Numbered from the stretch's first letter, positions 13,070 to 22,655 are shown. The stretch is 64,000 nucleotides of DNA from an uncultured Ruminococcus sp. (GCA_902778145.1 CACYWW010000005.1:65013-129012); one strand, 5' to 3'. A program made the numbers and translations. The notes: generated by a model not told the origin, from the letters alone.

Positions 13070-13145
13070 GGATTTCCTCCTTTCATACGGAATATGTTTT
13101 ATACCGAAGGCGGCGGCACCGGAAATACCGCCGCACGCAGTACCG

Positions 13146-13397
13146 TTACTGTTTGCGGCTCACACAAACGGCGCACCCCACGTCTATACCGCAGGCGGCG
13201 CCGAGCTGCGCCATCGTTTTGCTCTCATCGATCACGGCGTCGGACCCGGCGGCGGCTTCCATGACCGCTTGCCTGATATGTCCGGCACAGTCGTTCGCGA
13301 GATACACCGTCTTTGCGTTCCCGCCCCTGATGAGCTTTAAAGAACTGTTGAGACCCACCGTCAACTGCCTTTGCGGGCGGTGTCCGTCAGATTTCAT
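13146..13397 (-). CDS. ribosomal L7Ae/L30e-family protein (YbxF-like)
   Basis: 83 aa with '[22 protein letters not shown]...'. It occupies the usual Firmicute position just upstream of rpsL. Confidence 0.8.
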   Translation of the reverse strand: MKSDGHRPQRQLTVGLNSSLKLIRGGNAKTVYLANDCAGHIRQAVMEAAAGSDAVIDESKTMAQLGAACGIDVGCAVCVSRKQ

Positions 13398-13464
13398 CTC
13401 ATTCCCTTTCTTTGCGCTATATTTTCACCGCCGCAATACGCGGTTTATATACGCAATTGCTGTC

Positions 13465-13493
13465 AGTATACCACAAGATGATCGTTTTGTCAA
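13465..13493 (-). promoter_or_regulatory. sigma-70-type promoter for the L7Ae-rpsL-rpsG-fusA-tuf operon
   Basis: Minus strand: TTGACA, 17 nt, TATACT preceded by TGg (extended -10). Confidence 0.55.
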
Positions 13494-13540
13494 CAGTCAA
13501 ATATAAAAATTTTATTAAAATATATGTGTGCGCACGATGA

Positions 13541-15940
13541 TCAGGCGCTCTCTTTCCTCTTTTTGCGGCTGAGGACGCCGAGCAGAACGAGTCCGCCGGC
13601 TATGACGACCGCGGCGCCCGCTACTATCAGCGCTGCGAGCGTGCCGTCCGAGCCGGGGTCATCGGGTCCGTCTGTCTCCGGCTGACCGGGCTCCTCGGAT
13701 ATACTGAGCAGACGTGAGCAGATATAGTACTTTTCACCGTTCTCCGCGGTCTGCGGACAGATCACGGCGAAGCTGCCGCTTCCCGTCGCCGCGCCGCCGG
13801 AAACGGTGACGTCTCCGGACGATACCGCGGCGGTACAGAGCGCCGTCACGTCGAGCTTCGTCCCGTCGCAGTATACGAGCATCGCGCTGATCCTGCCGTC
13901 GGCGTCGACCGACGCTTCAAGCGACGACGGAAGCTTTGCGGCGGAACGGAAATCGGAGGTCATATATCCATCGTATCCGGAAAACATCGCCGACTCTCCG
14001 TCGTCCGCAGCGGGATACACGCCGATGCCGTGCATCGAAAGCATACGCGGGAACCTTTCCGGCGGAAGCAGCGTGCATACGGAATTGAAGGACGTCAGCG
14101 TGCGGCAAAGCGAATGAAGCGACGCGTCGGCGTCACGCCCGTCAAAAACGTTCCAGAGGCCTGTGTATACAGCTGCTGCTCCGGCTTCGTTCGCCGCCTT
14201 CACCGCGGCGGCGGAATCAGATAAGATCACGCATCTCTCCGTCATATCATAGGAGCGCGCGATACCGTGAACGGCAGATACAGCGGCCTCATCGGCGACG
14301 TTTATATCGAACACGACGTCCGTATGCTCGCGGCTGAAGGTCTCGAAAAGCTCCTCGAGCGAGGTGATCCTGTCGTCGCGGCTCATGCGGCTGTCTGTGT
14401 ACGTCAGCGTCTGAAGCGAGGCGTACGCGGATTCCCGGATCAGCGGATCCGACGACATGCCAGACACCCTGTCGCCGCCCGAAAGAACGGGGACTCCGTC
14501 CTTCGTCAGCCTGACCGTGACCGCGATCGCGCGGGCGCCGGAATCGGCAGCGGACAGAATGCTTTTCAGCGTGTTCGCAGGCGCCGCCGCGGTGTCGCCT
14601 CCGTCGCAGATAACGACCTGCCGTCTTATGACGGAGCGGTCGGTGATGCCTTCAAAAGCCTCGATAACGTCCTCGGGATCAGGCGTGACGACGGCGTCAG
14701 CGCCGCAGACAGCCGCGTCGAACGCGGGCAGCGCTCCGGTCTGGGCGACGACCCATACCGATATGAAACGCTTGTGCAGCTCGTATACCGTATCGGGATC
14801 AGCCGCGGATGACGAGAGCATGACGGTTCGCAGACCGTTCGAATAAAGCATCCTGTAAGTTTCGGCGACGTCAACGCTGTCACGCGAGGAAAGGTCCATA
14901 ACGCGTCTTATATACCCGTTTTCCGCGAACTGCGCCGCAAAGGAGGAACGGGAAAAGATGACGAACGCGTCGTCGATGGTGTTCTCCCGGCAATACGCGG
15001 ACAAAAGCTCCGCGCTCTGCTGATCCGTGACGTAAAGCGCCGGGAGCGCAAGTCCGCCGAGTCCGGATATCCTCTCTCCGAGAGGTCCGAGATCGGTCGT
15101 CCCGTCGTAGCAGCGAAGCTCATTGCCCGCGGCTTTGACGGTCATCATAACGGCGCCGGGGCGTCTGTCGTCGGCGGTATAGACGCGCCTTCCGCTCCTG
15201 TCGCGTTCTATTATCAGCGGAACGGACGACGCGGCGGTCGCGACGGTGTAAAGCTCCGAGCGGAACGAGCCGCCTCCACCGGCGCTTTTCGGCACGGTCA
15301 TCGTCACTCTGACGTTGTCGACCGTGAACGTCACTCCGCGTCCGTTTACGCCGATGTATCCTTTGGCGCCGTTCACCGCCCTGCACTCGCAGACAAGCTC
15401 TCCGTCGACATATCCGTAAGCCGCGCCGCCCGTTACGGCGACCGCGAGTCTGAATTCCGAATCGTCGGCGAGCTCGCCGGAAACGAGCTTCCCGGGGTCG
15501 GTATGCGCGGCCGCGCTCAGCTCCGTCCACGAGGACGCGCCTCTCTTTTCAAGCATCGAGACGGCGCCCGCGCAGTCCACCGTGAACTGAATCAGATGAT
15601 CCTCGCTGCCGGCGCCGAAGCAGAGCGCGAACCACGAATTCGCAGAAAGGTGCGATTCGAGCTTTATATCACATTCGAAGAAAAACGTATCCGTGTCGGG
15701 AGCGAACGGGAACAGCGCCGTCGTGACCGGAGGATAAGTATCGGACGCCTCCACGACCATCACGCCGTCCTCCGCGTAAATGCTGCCGTCATCACCGAAG
15801 GTGACGTCGGTCCCGCGCGGCAGCTCTCCGTTCCGGAAATCAGCCTCGAACAGGACGGTCCCCTCGCCGGGTTCCGCTTTCACGTACAAGCCAGGCAAAA
15901 GCAAAAGTACGAGCAAAAAACACGAGATTTTCTTAAACAT
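13541..15940 (-). CDS. secreted, C-terminally membrane-anchored multidomain protein (LamG/ConA-like N-domain; GDPD-like segment)
   Basis: Signal peptide MFKKISCFLLVLLLLPG. The C-terminus is TM plus 'SRKKRKE'. The central '..ANTLKSILSAADSGARAIAVTVRLTKDGVPVL' resembles glycerophosphodiester phosphodiesterase folds, but the usual HR pair is not evident. Start chosen at ATG 15940 (RBS AAGGAAAG). Confidence 0.55.
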   Translation of the reverse strand: MFKKISCFLLVLLLLPGLYVKAEPGEGTVLFEADFRNGELPRGTDVTFGDDGSIYAEDGVMVVEASDTYPPVTTALFPFAPDTDTFFFECDIKLESHLSANSWFALCFGAGSEDHLIQFTVDCAGAVSMLEKRGASSWTELSAAAHTDPGKLVSGELADDSEFRLAVAVTGGAAYGYVDGELVCECRAVNGAKGYIGVNGRGVTFTVDNVRVTMTVPKSAGGGGSFRSELYTVATAASSVPLIIERDRSGRRVYTADDRRPGAVMMTVKAAGNELRCYDGTTDLGPLGERISGLGGLALPALYVTDQQSAELLSAYCRENTIDDAFVIFSRSSFAAQFAENGYIRRVMDLSSRDSVDVAETYRMLYSNGLRTVMLSSSAADPDTVYELHKRFISVWVVAQTGALPAFDAAVCGADAVVTPDPEDVIEAFEGITDRSVIRRQVVICDGGDTAAAPANTLKSILSAADSGARAIAVTVRLTKDGVPVLSGGDRVSGMSSDPLIRESAYASLQTLTYTDSRMSRDDRITSLEELFETFSREHTDVVFDINVADEAAVSAVHGIARSYDMTERCVILSDSAAAVKAANEAGAAAVYTGLWNVFDGRDADASLHSLCRTLTSFNSVCTLLPPERFPRMLSMHGIGVYPAADDGESAMFSGYDGYMTSDFRSAAKLPSSLEASVDADGRISAMLVYCDGTKLDVTALCTAAVSSGDVTVSGGAATGSGSFAVICPQTAENGEKYYICSRLLSISEEPGQPETDGPDDPGSDGTLAALIVAGAAVVIAGGLVLLGVLSRKKRKESA

Positions 15941-15989
15941 ACACTTTCCTTTACAAAAATTCAACAAACGGAAAACAACAAACAGCCGG

Positions 15990-17117
15990 TCATTGTTGTA
16001 TAATCATACGCGTATAGTCCGCGGTCGCCGCGTTGTGCAGTCTGCGTCTGAAGCGGTAAAGCCCGTCGGACTGGCGCGTATAGTGCACCCTGTTCGTCAG
16101 GAGTATGACGTACATGCCGGTCTCACGGTCAACGTACAGCGACGTTCCGGTGAAGCCGTTGTGACCGTACGAAAGCGGCGAGAAAAGATCGCCCGTGGCG
16201 TTAAGCCCGCCGACGGTCAGCTGGAAGCCCAGCCCGCGGAATTCGGGACCGTACGGCGTATGGTTCGTTATCGCGCGCTCGAACGTTTGGCGCGAAAGGA
16301 ACTGCTTTCCGCCGTACTCTCCGCGGCGGGACAGCATACAGGCAAACCTGATGAGGTCGTCGACGCACGAGAACACGCCCGCGTTGCCCGAGACGCCGCC
16401 GGAAAATCGCGCGTTCTCGTCATGCACCACGCCGTGTATATACCGTCCGAGCCTCGGCGACCACTCCTCCGTCGCTATGTCGGCGCCGTCGAACCTCGCG
16501 TTCTCCTTCGGACAGTAGCCGGTCCGGGTCATACCGAGCGGCGCGAAAACGAGCTCGTCCGCAAGCTTATCAAGTGTTTTGCCGGTGCAGACCTCCGCCA
16601 TCTTCGCGAGGAGGATATATCCCATACAGGTGTATTCCACCTTTGTCTCCGCCTCGTATTTCAGCGGATAATTCAGCACGGCGTGAGGTATATCGTACCC
16701 CTTGCCGCATTCGTTTTCAAGATTGAAGTGCGCCGTTATGCCGCTGCAGTGCGTCATCAGCTGTTTTACGGTTATCCCGCGCTTGTCCTCCGGCGCGTCC
16801 GGGAAATACCGTGAGACCGTGTCGGCAAGGGTCATCTCCCCCTCCTCCACAAGTCTGAGCACGACCATCGTCGTACCTATGAGCTTTGAAAGCGACGCCA
16901 TGTCGTACACGGTATCCGTGCCTGCTTTTATCGCGTTATCGGGAAAAGGGCCCCGGAAAACGCCCTCGGGTCTATCATCGTTCATTATAACGCGCGAATA
17001 ACCGTAAGCCTTTTTGAAATATACTCCGTTCCCGTCACCGACGGCGACGACGGCGGACGGTACGTCATAATTCCCGACCGCTTTTACGCACATATCATCA
17101 ATATTATCAAACCACAT
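15990..17117 (-). CDS. serine hydrolase, beta-lactamase/PBP4*-related family
   Basis: 'ASLSKL' SxxK motif near the N-terminus, with length and pattern of class-C-like beta-lactamase-fold esterases. Confidence 0.8.
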   Translation of the reverse strand: MWFDNIDDMCVKAVGNYDVPSAVVAVGDGNGVYFKKAYGYSRVIMNDDRPEGVFRGPFPDNAIKAGTDTVYDMASLSKLIGTTMVVLRLVEEGEMTLADTVSRYFPDAPEDKRGITVKQLMTHCSGITAHFNLENECGKGYDIPHAVLNYPLKYEAETKVEYTCMGYILLAKMAEVCTGKTLDKLADELVFAPLGMTRTGYCPKENARFDGADIATEEWSPRLGRYIHGVVHDENARFSGGVSGNAGVFSCVDDLIRFACMLSRRGEYGGKQFLSRQTFERAITNHTPYGPEFRGLGFQLTVGGLNATGDLFSPLSYGHNGFTGTSLYVDRETGMYVILLTNRVHYTRQSDGLYRFRRRLHNAATADYTRMIIQQ

Positions 17118-17177
17118 AACGGATACCTCCTTATTATATCATTATATATCATCAAAACGTATTTGTAAAGGTGTATT

Positions 17178-18050
17178 ATGTTAAAATGTTATCTTTGCCC
17201 GAAAAAATGCGGTGCCGACAGGCCCGTCCGCCGCGGTCTGTGCGGTGCGGGAGCGCTTTCCGTCGCCCGCGCGGCGGCGCATTATTATGAGGAACCGCCG
17301 ATATCCGGCAAAAACGGTTCCGGCGCCGTGTTCTTTTCGGGCTGTCCGCTGCGCTGCGTTTTCTGCCAGAACGACCCGGTATCGCACGGCGGAGTCGGCA
17401 AAAGCATCACGGCGGCGGAGCTTGCCGACATTTTCAAAAGGCTGTGCGACGCCGGCTGTCACAACATAAACCTCGTGTCTCCGACGCCGTACGTACCGGA
17501 AATAATAAAGGCGCTCGAGCTTGCGAGGCCGCAGGTGCCGGTCGTTTACAACACGTCGGGCTATGAGCGTGTCGAAACGCTGCGGATGCTCGACGGATAC
17601 GTAGATATATATCTGCCGGATTTCAAATACGTGACGCCCGCCCTCTCCGAAAAATATTCCGGCGCCGCGGATTATCCCGCAGTCGCCGCCGCCGCGCTTC
17701 ACGAAATGCTGAGGCAGCGCGGAAAATGTGAATATTCGGACGACGGCATGATGGAGCGCGGCGTGATCGTCCGCCACCTCGTGCTCCCCTCTCACAAGGA
17801 CGAAAGCGTCGCGGTGCTGAGATTTCTTTCGGAAAATTACGACACAAGCTCTTTTCTGCTCTCTCTCATGGCGCAGTACGTGCCGATGTACGGCGCAAAG
17901 GACTACCCGGAAATAGACCGCCGCCTTACAAAGCTCGAATACAGGCGCGTGAGTGAGGAGGCGCTCCGCCTCGGATTTGAAGGATTCTTTCAGGATCCTT
18001 CGTCTCAGAGCGCGGATTACACTCCTGATTTCGACCTCACGGGAATATAA
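17178..18050 (+). CDS. radical SAM protein, PflX-like (COG1313-type activase homologue)
   Basis: 'CPLRCVFCQN' CxxxCxxC cluster preceded by an N-terminal Cys-rich 'CYLCPKKCGADR...GLCG' segment. Confidence 0.8.
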   Translation: MLKCYLCPKKCGADRPVRRGLCGAGALSVARAAAHYYEEPPISGKNGSGAVFFSGCPLRCVFCQNDPVSHGGVGKSITAAELADIFKRLCDAGCHNINLVSPTPYVPEIIKALELARPQVPVVYNTSGYERVETLRMLDGYVDIYLPDFKYVTPALSEKYSGAADYPAVAAAALHEMLRQRGKCEYSDDGMMERGVIVRHLVLPSHKDESVAVLRFLSENYDTSSFLLSLMAQYVPMYGAKDYPEIDRRLTKLEYRRVSEEALRLGFEGFFQDPSSQSADYTPDFDLTGI

Positions 18051-18098
18051 AAATACCCGGTGCGGGAGACCCGTGCCGGGTATCATATCATTTCAGGC

Positions 18099-19997
18099 TT
18101 ATTTTACTTTTTTCTCTTTCTTTTTCCCGGTCTTCGCCAAAACGAATATACCTATGCCGGCAAGCGCGAGCAGCAGTACCGAGATCACGGCGACAAGCGC
18201 GATGACGAGCACGCCGGGGCCGGTCTTGCCGGTCTTTTCGCCCTGTGTTCCGGGGGCTGTGTCTGCCGCGGTGCTCTGATCGACGCTTTGAACCGGTATC
18301 ACCTCAATGATCTCGACCTTCAGCGGTCCGAGCAGCCGGACATCGCTGTCGTGTTTGCCCTCGACGGTGTTTCTTACGGCGCACAGGCAGTAAATCACGC
18401 CGGTCTTGGACGTGTCGGGAGAGAAGGTATTCTTATCGTTGTTTTCGACGTTGGAAATGAAATTGCCTTTTTCGTCGCATAACGCCCACTGATAATGGAT
18501 CGTACCGCCGTCGTTCACTTCCGCGTTGACGGTGATAGCGAAATCTTCGTCCTTGTGTACCGTATAAGAATCCGGAACAAAGCCGAGGATCGTCGGGATC
18601 TCCGCTTTCTGCAGATCCTCTACGGTGAGCAAGGCGTTTCTTGTTCTGAATTCCCAGCCGTCCGGGGACGCGATCCGGCAGTAAAACGCGCATCCGTCAA
18701 GCCCGGGTATCGCTGTCACGGTGAGCGTATCCGTCGTCGCTCCGCTCACGGTTATACCTGAGGCGCTGTCAAGCGGGACGGGTGTACCGCCGTCCGCCGG
18801 GACAAGATACCAGAGATAGCTCGCCGCGTTCTCCGCCTGTACGCTGAACGTCACCTCATCGCCCGCCTTCGCGATCGTGTTGAAGGGCTCCTTCACTATT
18901 TTGACGGGCTTGACGCCGGTGAATATGACCTTGACGTAAGGCTTGTCGTCGATCGAATTGTCGAACTCGAAATCGTCGCTCGTCTTGTTCGTCACAACGC
19001 AGGTGTAGTACTCGATCCTCGGCGTGTCGTTACCGTTGAGAGTGATATTCTTTCCGTTCTCGCCGGGTATTTTTATGTTGATGTCCGCGGGGTTCCCGCC
19101 CTTATACCACTGATACGAAAGCTCGCCCGTGTCCTTCTCCGGGTCGATTCTGACGTTCATGTTTATCGTCACGTCCTCGTCTTCGAAAACGCGGACCTCA
19201 TTCTGATCGAAGCTGATGATCGTCTGCGGGTCGTATACTCTCATATGCGTCACGCCGGTCTCATAGTAGAAATCGGTGATGCCGTATTTGACATATATCT
19301 GACAGTAGAAGGAATGGGGACCGGGCGTGGTCGCGTACGCGTCAGCCATGAGGACGGGGTCGTGCTCGTCGAGCGCAACACCGCTTTCCTTCGTTCCGTC
19401 CGGAGTCTTATACCAGTTGAATTCAATGTCGTCGAACGTATATCCCGAGGCTTCCGGAACGTACGCAGTAGCGGCGAGCTTTACGAGCTTGAAGCGTCTG
19501 ACCGAGAATTCGGCGATCAGCTCCACAGTCAGCTGTTCGGGAGCGTTGACTGACGTGTAGATCGTCGCGGGATCGCAGTTTTTCGCTCCCGCTTTGTTCG
19601 CCACGGTGCAGGTCGCGACCGCGCCGTAGTTGAATTCACGGATATTATCTATTATGAGCTGATGTTTCACTCTGCCGTTTTCAAGCGTTTCCGTCTTGAA
19701 CGTGACCTTCATCTTGCCGGTGCCGTCAAGCGCCTCGAAGCCCTTGACGCCCGCGTCCTTTGAAAAATCGAAGGTGCGGTCCTCTCCGCCCTCGCTTGTC
19801 TGCATGAGCCAGCTGAAGACGAGATCTTTACCCTCAGCCGTAACGCTGAGAACAGCTCTTTTCCCCGTTCTGACGGTACACGTCATGGGTTCATATATAA
19901 GAGTCGGAAGGTCGTCGTCCGAGACGGCGACGGACGACACGGAAAAGCAGGACATGATCATGACTGCCGCCATCAGCAACACGATGATTTTTTTCAT
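18099..19997 (-). CDS. cell-surface protein with repeated Ig-like beta-sandwich modules, C-terminal TM anchor
   Basis: Signal peptide, about 6 repeated ~90-aa modules (recurring '..Y.W(Y/F)...' and 'Y.C.V.N' patterns), then 'VLVIALVAVISVLLLALAGIGIFVLAKTGKKKEKKVK'. Confidence 0.6.
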   Translation of the reverse strand: MKKIIVLLMAAVMIMSCFSVSSVAVSDDDLPTLIYEPMTCTVRTGKRAVLSVTAEGKDLVFSWLMQTSEGGEDRTFDFSKDAGVKGFEALDGTGKMKVTFKTETLENGRVKHQLIIDNIREFNYGAVATCTVANKAGAKNCDPATIYTSVNAPEQLTVELIAEFSVRRFKLVKLAATAYVPEASGYTFDDIEFNWYKTPDGTKESGVALDEHDPVLMADAYATTPGPHSFYCQIYVKYGITDFYYETGVTHMRVYDPQTIISFDQNEVRVFEDEDVTINMNVRIDPEKDTGELSYQWYKGGNPADINIKIPGENGKNITLNGNDTPRIEYYTCVVTNKTSDDFEFDNSIDDKPYVKVIFTGVKPVKIVKEPFNTIAKAGDEVTFSVQAENAASYLWYLVPADGGTPVPLDSASGITVSGATTDTLTVTAIPGLDGCAFYCRIASPDGWEFRTRNALLTVEDLQKAEIPTILGFVPDSYTVHKDEDFAITVNAEVNDGGTIHYQWALCDEKGNFISNVENNDKNTFSPDTSKTGVIYCLCAVRNTVEGKHDSDVRLLGPLKVEIIEVIPVQSVDQSTAADTAPGTQGEKTGKTGPGVLVIALVAVISVLLLALAGIGIFVLAKTGKKKEKKVK

Positions 19998-20187
19998 TGT
20001 TTACGCACCTTTCTTGACTAAATTATTGTTTATTCAATTTTAACACGGGCAAAAGCTCATTTCAACACTTATTTTATAATGAAATAAGAACGAATTGTAT
20101 CTCATCAAAGACATTATTTATTCGCCGCGGCTATTGACTTGTCGAAAAAAAGGTGATATAATAAGAAAAAAAAGGAGATGCGCTGCC

Positions 20188-20598
20188 ATGAAAATGAGAG
20201 TGATTTATTTTTCCAAAAAGAAAAAAATGATCGATCTTGCGGAGTATCTATCGAAGAACTCCGATGAATACAAGCCGGATATGATCCCGCCGGATTATTC
20301 GCTCGACAAGGAGAAGCTGCTCGTCCTCGGCATGTCTCAGCTCGTGAAGCTGCCGGACGACGTGCGCCGCTTCTGCACCAACTTCAAGCCCGGGATCGTC
20401 AAGAACGTCGCGCTTTACACAGACAGGCCGGAAAGCGAGGCAAAGGCTTTCATCGACATGGTGCGTGAAAACGGCGGGAACATACTTGACGATGTGTACT
20501 ACGTGAAGAGCGAGTTCCTCCCGTTCAAAAAAGCGACCGAAGAGGAGAAAAAGGGCGCGGACGAATGGTTCGAAAGGATCCTGCCGAAGCTCAGATAA
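20188..20598 (+). CDS. hypothetical protein (flavodoxin-like alternation of beta/alpha segments)
   Basis: Start moved to ATG 20188 (MKMRVIYFSKKKK). No diagnostic motif. Confidence 0.45.
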   Translation: MKMRVIYFSKKKKMIDLAEYLSKNSDEYKPDMIPPDYSLDKEKLLVLGMSQLVKLPDDVRRFCTNFKPGIVKNVALYTDRPESEAKAFIDMVRENGGNILDDVYYVKSEFLPFKKATEEEKKGADEWFERILPKLR

Positions 20599-20645
20599 AA
20601 TTCCCTGTCGTCATACATAAAAAAACCGAGAAAGCTCATAATAAG

Positions 20646-20671
20646 ACCGCGGGCGGAAAGTCCGCGGTTTT
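20646..20671 (+). terminator. intrinsic terminator
   Basis: Stem accgcgg/ccgcggt followed by TTT. It lies between the 20188 gene and paralog 1. Confidence 0.55.
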
Positions 20672-20686
20672 AGAAGGAGCTTTTTT

Positions 20687-21310
20687 ATGGTTTTGAAGAA
20701 AATTACCGCGATCGTTTTCACGGCGGTCGCGGCGCTGGCTCTCGCGGTCGGCGTATCCGCGGTGGGTCACACGTCCGCGGATCAGGTCTTCGGCGCCGAC
20801 GGCAGGACGGATCTCGCGTCCGTCGGTCAGAACGACGTGACGGGGACCTCTCTCGGCACGATCACGGATGATAAGCTTACGTTATGGGGCTGGTACGCGG
20901 ACGAGCAGAAGATATCGGAATTCGGCTACCGTTACGGTGACAGCGTCACTCTCGGCTCGCCCAAATACACGGGCGGAGCCGACGATGAGACGATAGCGGG
21001 TCAGGCGGGCGCGCTCGGCTACGCTGACGGTGAATCCGTCCGCTTCAGGATAGAGAACATCCCCGTCGTCAAGGGCGACAACGTAGAGCTTTACGCCGTG
21101 GCGAAGCTTGAGAACGGCGAGACCGTGGACATCTGGCGCATCACGTATTCGAGCGCCGGCGGCATCGACATGCCGGGCGGACAGACGTCCCCGGGTGCGC
21201 ATCCCGCGCCCGAAAATCCGCAGACGGCGGACGCGTCCGTCGTCGCGGTGGCGGTCGTCTCCGCGATCTCTCTCGCCTTCACGGCAATCACAAGGAAGAT
21301 CAGGCTGTAA
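20687..21310 (+). CDS. secreted surface-protein paralog 1 (module B; C-terminal NPQTAD-TM-basic tail)
   Basis: Signal peptide. The 'LWGW...EFGYRYGD..LGSPK...ESVRFRIE' module is shared with paralog 4. The C-terminus is 'ENPQTADASVVAVAVVSAISLAFTAITRKIRL'. Confidence 0.8.
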   Translation: MVLKKITAIVFTAVAALALAVGVSAVGHTSADQVFGADGRTDLASVGQNDVTGTSLGTITDDKLTLWGWYADEQKISEFGYRYGDSVTLGSPKYTGGADDETIAGQAGALGYADGESVRFRIENIPVVKGDNVELYAVAKLENGETVDIWRITYSSAGGIDMPGGQTSPGAHPAPENPQTADASVVAVAVVSAISLAFTAITRKIRL

Positions 21311-21315
21311 GCCGG

Positions 21316-21360
21316 GGCGGGAACGCCGGGAGGTCTTTAGACCTTCCGCGTTCCCGTTTT
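21316..21360 (+). terminator. intrinsic terminator after paralog 1
   Basis: Long imperfect hairpin gcgggaacgc...gcgttcccg followed by TTTT. Confidence 0.6.
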
Positions 21361-21413
21361 CCGACAAACGCGCCGTTTTTATCCGGCGGCGGTCATTTTT
21401 TTATCGAACATTA

Positions 21414-21442
21414 TTGACAAACGCGGTTTCATATGATATAAT
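21414..21442 (+). promoter_or_regulatory. promoter of paralog 2
   Basis: TTGACA, 17 nt, TATAAT with TGa extended -10. Confidence 0.6.
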
Positions 21443-21491
21443 GCGGCTAAAGCTAAAGGCTGAATTTCAATATCATAAAAAGGAGAAAGAA

Positions 21492-22613
21492 ATGAAAAAG
21501 ATCATTGCAGTACTGCTTTCAGTCGTAATGGCGGCAGCTATGTTCACTGCGGCAGTAGTCGTCAACGCTGACGACGTGACCGCGAAGGTCGTTATCGGTT
21601 CCGAAGCAAAGACTTCGACTCCGAACGGCAATCAGGTCGAAATGTCCATGAACGGTTCCAACCTCGTCGTCAAGACGAACGAAGGCGCAAACGACCCGTG
21701 GATCTCCATCCCGCTCGACAGCGTCGACACAAGCGTTTACAACGCTTTCACGGTCAAGTTCAAGGCGGACAAAGCCATCAGCACGAACAACACCTACCTT
21801 ATGGATACCGAGAAGAACCCCGGTTATTCCGCAACGGCCGGCACATGGGTACCCAACGGTATGGGCAGCCTGGCGGACGGTCAGTGGCACGAGCTCACTT
21901 ATGAGATCACCAGCTTCTCCGTCATGGTCGGAACGAAGCTTACCGGCGTCCGTCTCACGATGTGCGTTGAAGGCGGCACGTTCGAGCTCGAATCCGTGAC
22001 CTTCTCCAAGGTCACCCCGAAGGATCCCGATCTGTGGCTCTGCAAAGCGGGCAGCCAGAACGTAGCTCCCGGTTACTGGATGAACGATCCGTATGACAGC
22101 ACCAGAAACATAGACATCACCCTCACCTCCACCTCCGCTTTCAACGGTCTTTGCGCGATGATGTACGCGAATAAGCCCGCCGATCCCGAGCCCTGCGTCG
22201 TACACATCTCTCTGAAGGACGGCGACGGCAAAGAGCTTGAAGCTCAGGATTTCCAGGTCTCTCAGGATGACAAAGGCGACGGTGTTTACAGCGTCTACTT
22301 CAAGAATACCCACAACGCGGGCAAGTACACCATCTCCATCACTCCGGGCGGCAAGGGTAAGTATTTCGTACTCGGCGGCTCCGAGAAGGGCGACATTGAC
22401 GTTACCGTGGAAGGCAACTTCGGTACCGCGGATCAGTACATACATGACGCTCCCTGCGCGTTCCTTATAGGCGCGGCTCCCGTCGATGAGACTCCCGCCG
22501 ACGATCCCACTCCCACCGACAACCCCGGTACCGCTGACGCTTCCGTCATCGCTATCGCCGCTGTCGCCTGCATCGCTCTTGCCGGCGTCGTAGTTGCGAA
22601 GAAGGTCAGATAA
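21492..22613 (+). CDS. secreted surface-protein paralog 2 (modules A + C; NPGTAD-TM-KKVR)
   Basis: ATG 21492 (MKKIIAVLL) has AGGAGAAAG upstream; the longer ORF 21108 is an Arg-rich run-in. Module A is shared with paralog 3 and module C with paralog 6. Confidence 0.85.
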   Translation: MKKIIAVLLSVVMAAAMFTAAVVVNADDVTAKVVIGSEAKTSTPNGNQVEMSMNGSNLVVKTNEGANDPWISIPLDSVDTSVYNAFTVKFKADKAISTNNTYLMDTEKNPGYSATAGTWVPNGMGSLADGQWHELTYEITSFSVMVGTKLTGVRLTMCVEGGTFELESVTFSKVTPKDPDLWLCKAGSQNVAPGYWMNDPYDSTRNIDITLTSTSAFNGLCAMMYANKPADPEPCVVHISLKDGDGKELEAQDFQVSQDDKGDGVYSVYFKNTHNAGKYTISITPGGKGKYFVLGGSEKGDIDVTVEGNFGTADQYIHDAPCAFLIGAAPVDETPADDPTPTDNPGTADASVIAIAAVACIALAGVVVAKKVR

Positions 22614-22628
22614 TTCAATTTGAATTTC

Positions 22629-22655
22629 AAAAAACCGCCGTACGGCGGTTTTTTG
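22629..22655 (+). terminator. intrinsic terminator after paralog 2
   Basis: aaaaaCCGCCGtacGGCGGtttttt. Confidence 0.85.

Noticed and set aside
15780-18086. ORFs 15780-16814 (+) and 17181-18086 (-)
   Set aside because: They are antisense to the SxxK serine hydrolase and to the CxxxCxxC radical SAM gene respectively. They are Arg-rich with no motifs.
21108-21491. 128-codon N-terminal extension of paralog 2 (and analogous extensions at 25310, 5288, 3291, 47988, 44715, 20095)
   Set aside because: The extensions are Arg/Pro-rich or cross terminators, promoters or the preceding gene. In each case an internal ATG with an RBS begins a proper signal peptide or the conserved N-terminus.
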